Shown here: piece after piece, positions 61,607-64,000 of the stretch
Position numbering within the stretch: position 1 is the stretch's first letter
Layout of the letters: every line of letters starts with the position of its first letter
NCBI RefSeq assembly: GCF_009914755.1
Contig: NC_060926.1
From: the human T2T-CHM13v2.0 reference genome, Homo sapiens
DNA: 64,000 bases
Strand: one strand, 5' to 3'
Translations under genes and position numbers: made by a program
The notes under the pieces: generated by a model
Databases searched by the model: none
What the model was told of the DNA's origin: nothing
The model's input: the letters and a program-made list of their open reading frames with translations, nothing else

Positions 61607-64000
61607 CAGCTTGACCACACTGGAAAAAAAATCAATTAATAATTTTAATTTTTTTAATTATAATTGATATCCTTAGCCCTTTGAAAATTGAAAGGTTTGA
61701 CTCCAGATTATAATTAAATATTTATTTCATTGGTGGATGAGGAGGTATTTGTACTATTAGAACTCATTTTAATGATGGACACATAGAGGACATTACAATT
61801 TGTGTGAAGCAATAATGAAATTTTTACAGAATTCTTTAGTGAATTTGAGTAATTCCCAGCTCTTTTTAAATATTACCTTTTTCCTTTACATAGACATATA
61901 CGCACTCACACCAACATGGGTTAATTGCACTTACTTGATAGATTTCTTCATAGGAAAGTAAAAAATTAAAAGAATTACTATGAAGAAACAAAAGGCAGTG
62001 ACGCCAAGAAGAAAAAAACACCAGAAAAGAGTCACGATACCTAATTTGTTCTAAATGCGACTATTTGTGTAATCTTGTGTCATTTTACTCACTTAAAAAA
62101 TAAAAAATTTGAGCCTCTTAAAATAGATTTAGCCCTAAATTCTATATATTCATTATTTTGACACTTGAAACAATATAAATTCAGTGCAAAAAAAGTAGAA
62201 TATAACATTTATCTTACTTCAAAAATGAAAAAAGAGATAAATTTTTTAAAACCACAACACTTTCTGATAAGACAGTTGACACAAACTTAGTAACTCTTTA
62301 ATAATTAATACGCATATTTGAGTTGAAATAACTAATTCAAAGGGAAAAATTAATTTATTTCATTTCCTTCTACCATCTTCAACAAAGTATTACGAAGTGC
62401 TCTGAATTTCTGAAACATTATCAAAATGCAAAACAGTCAGTAGTATGTACTGAGTATTCAGAATACTTAAATTAAGAACACATTCCAGGAAAAAAAAAAG
62501 TATTTTTTGTTAAAAGAGTAATGTTTTAAATTTTGGCAATGAACGGGATATGCAGGTCTATCTGGTAATTTGGCTCCAAGTGATCTGCTGTGAGGTAGTG
62601 TCTACATGAAAATTAGTTTTCACCTAGCAAAACTAAGGGGAATCTAAAAGGTTGTTGTGAGTGTGCACAGTGGGTCACTAAAATTATCTCCCCATGTCTA
62701 CTTACTCTCTTTTTTTCTCCTCATATGTTTGCACCAAAAAAAAATGATATAACAGATCTGATATAACTTAGTTGACATGGCATTGAATGGAAAAAAAAAA
62801 TGATGTGTTAGAAAGCCACATTTGGATTTAAACATTCTGTTTCAAATAAAGGCTTCTGTAAGAAGTTCAATGAAAAGAAGAAATTCAAAGACCACATCAA
62901 AGTGAAGGGCAGTACTCCAAGCTGCCCTCCAAAGAGGGGAGAATGATGAAGGAAGCCAATTTTTAGCAGAGGAAACATGTACCTTTAGTGTGGTTTACTA
63001 GAAAAGCCAGGACATAACGTCTCCTATCCTGTAAATTACCTTGACAATTGGGCATAATCTTAGGATTTTGGTAATGTTGTGGATAGAAGTCACTGGCTAT
63101 ATAAGTTGCTAATGAGATGAAGGATGGGTGATTCAAACGCATATAAGACAACTTATCATAGACAAAAACTCCATACAAAGAAATTTTGATTATGATCCAT
63201 TCATATTATACCAGTAGTATAAGCTACTGGTAACAAAGCAAATCTAGAAAAATAATATGAATAACATTGTAGTTTATAAACATAAGTAGAAAAGTTATAA
63301 AAATGAAAATCTATGTTCACACTCCAAGAGTATTTTAAGAAAAGCTATCAAGAGACCCAATCAATACATAATAGAAATATTAACAAGAAAACAATATGTT
63401 ACTATGCTATGCTTGATTCATATTCCCCAGAAATTCTACATATAACAACAAAAAATGGCAAAAAACTAAGGATCTAAAGCCTAGCTTTGTCCACATTGAG
63501 GGTTTTTGTTAAAGATTCAAAAGCTTAAAATTAAAATCATTCACTTCACTTTACGTACAACTGCCTAGCACTGTAACTAGCACAGAACAGATAGTTTTTA
63601 AATGAGTTTCTTTCTTCCTTCCATAATCTAATGTTTCTTTATCAATAACTTCTGCTAACATAGAAGGTATATTTTTATGGACCACACTAGACAGGTATGA
63701 TCAGTATCATTACAGGGAGATAGATCATATCTCTACTACCTATTCCTTTAAGAAGTGTCATAGGAAAATGGATAGCATAATTGCCATTTAGTCAACCTAT
63801 GAAAGACCAAACAAAAGAACCATAATCTACCTTATAACAATGAATTAAAAAGTTGATCCCAATTTCTTACAAAAATTGAGTTTTGATGAACCATAGTAGA
63901 GAGCTAAGAAGTGTGTCAGAGAATACAGAGAACATCTCTATTACCTGTTCTGTAAAAAGTGCCATAGAAAAAAGAATAGCAAAAATTGCAATGTACCCAA

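Overview
Primate (almost certainly human) AT-rich, repeat-dense intronic DNA. Two minus-strand coding exons with canonical AG/GT boundaries (48452-48628, 177 nt; 32411-32479, 69 nt) splice in frame to AQQQRNLDNIVLQQPRIGSKRKSKKDAYIIFDTEIESTSPKSEQDSGILDVEDEEDDEE|VPGAQDLVDFSPVYRCLHIYSVL, which I recognise as exocyst subunit EXOC6B (Sec15B); probably exons 7 and 8, numbering from memory. The rest is intron: about 20 Alu/FLAM copies, L1 elements of several ages, MaLR/ERVL solo LTRs, hAT MITEs, L2/MIR relics and a full-length HSMAR2 mariner carrying nested insertions. None of the listed ORFs looks like a real gene. I see no new multi-gene system. The best unexplained signals are an 86-nt pre-miRNA-sized hairpin in apparently unique intronic DNA, three short locally templated copies (repair-scar-like), a multi-layer transposon nest, an AluYd-type insertion, and a possible stop-free circRNA from the two exons. 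Repeat subfamily calls are by eye and old-repeat boundaries are approximate.
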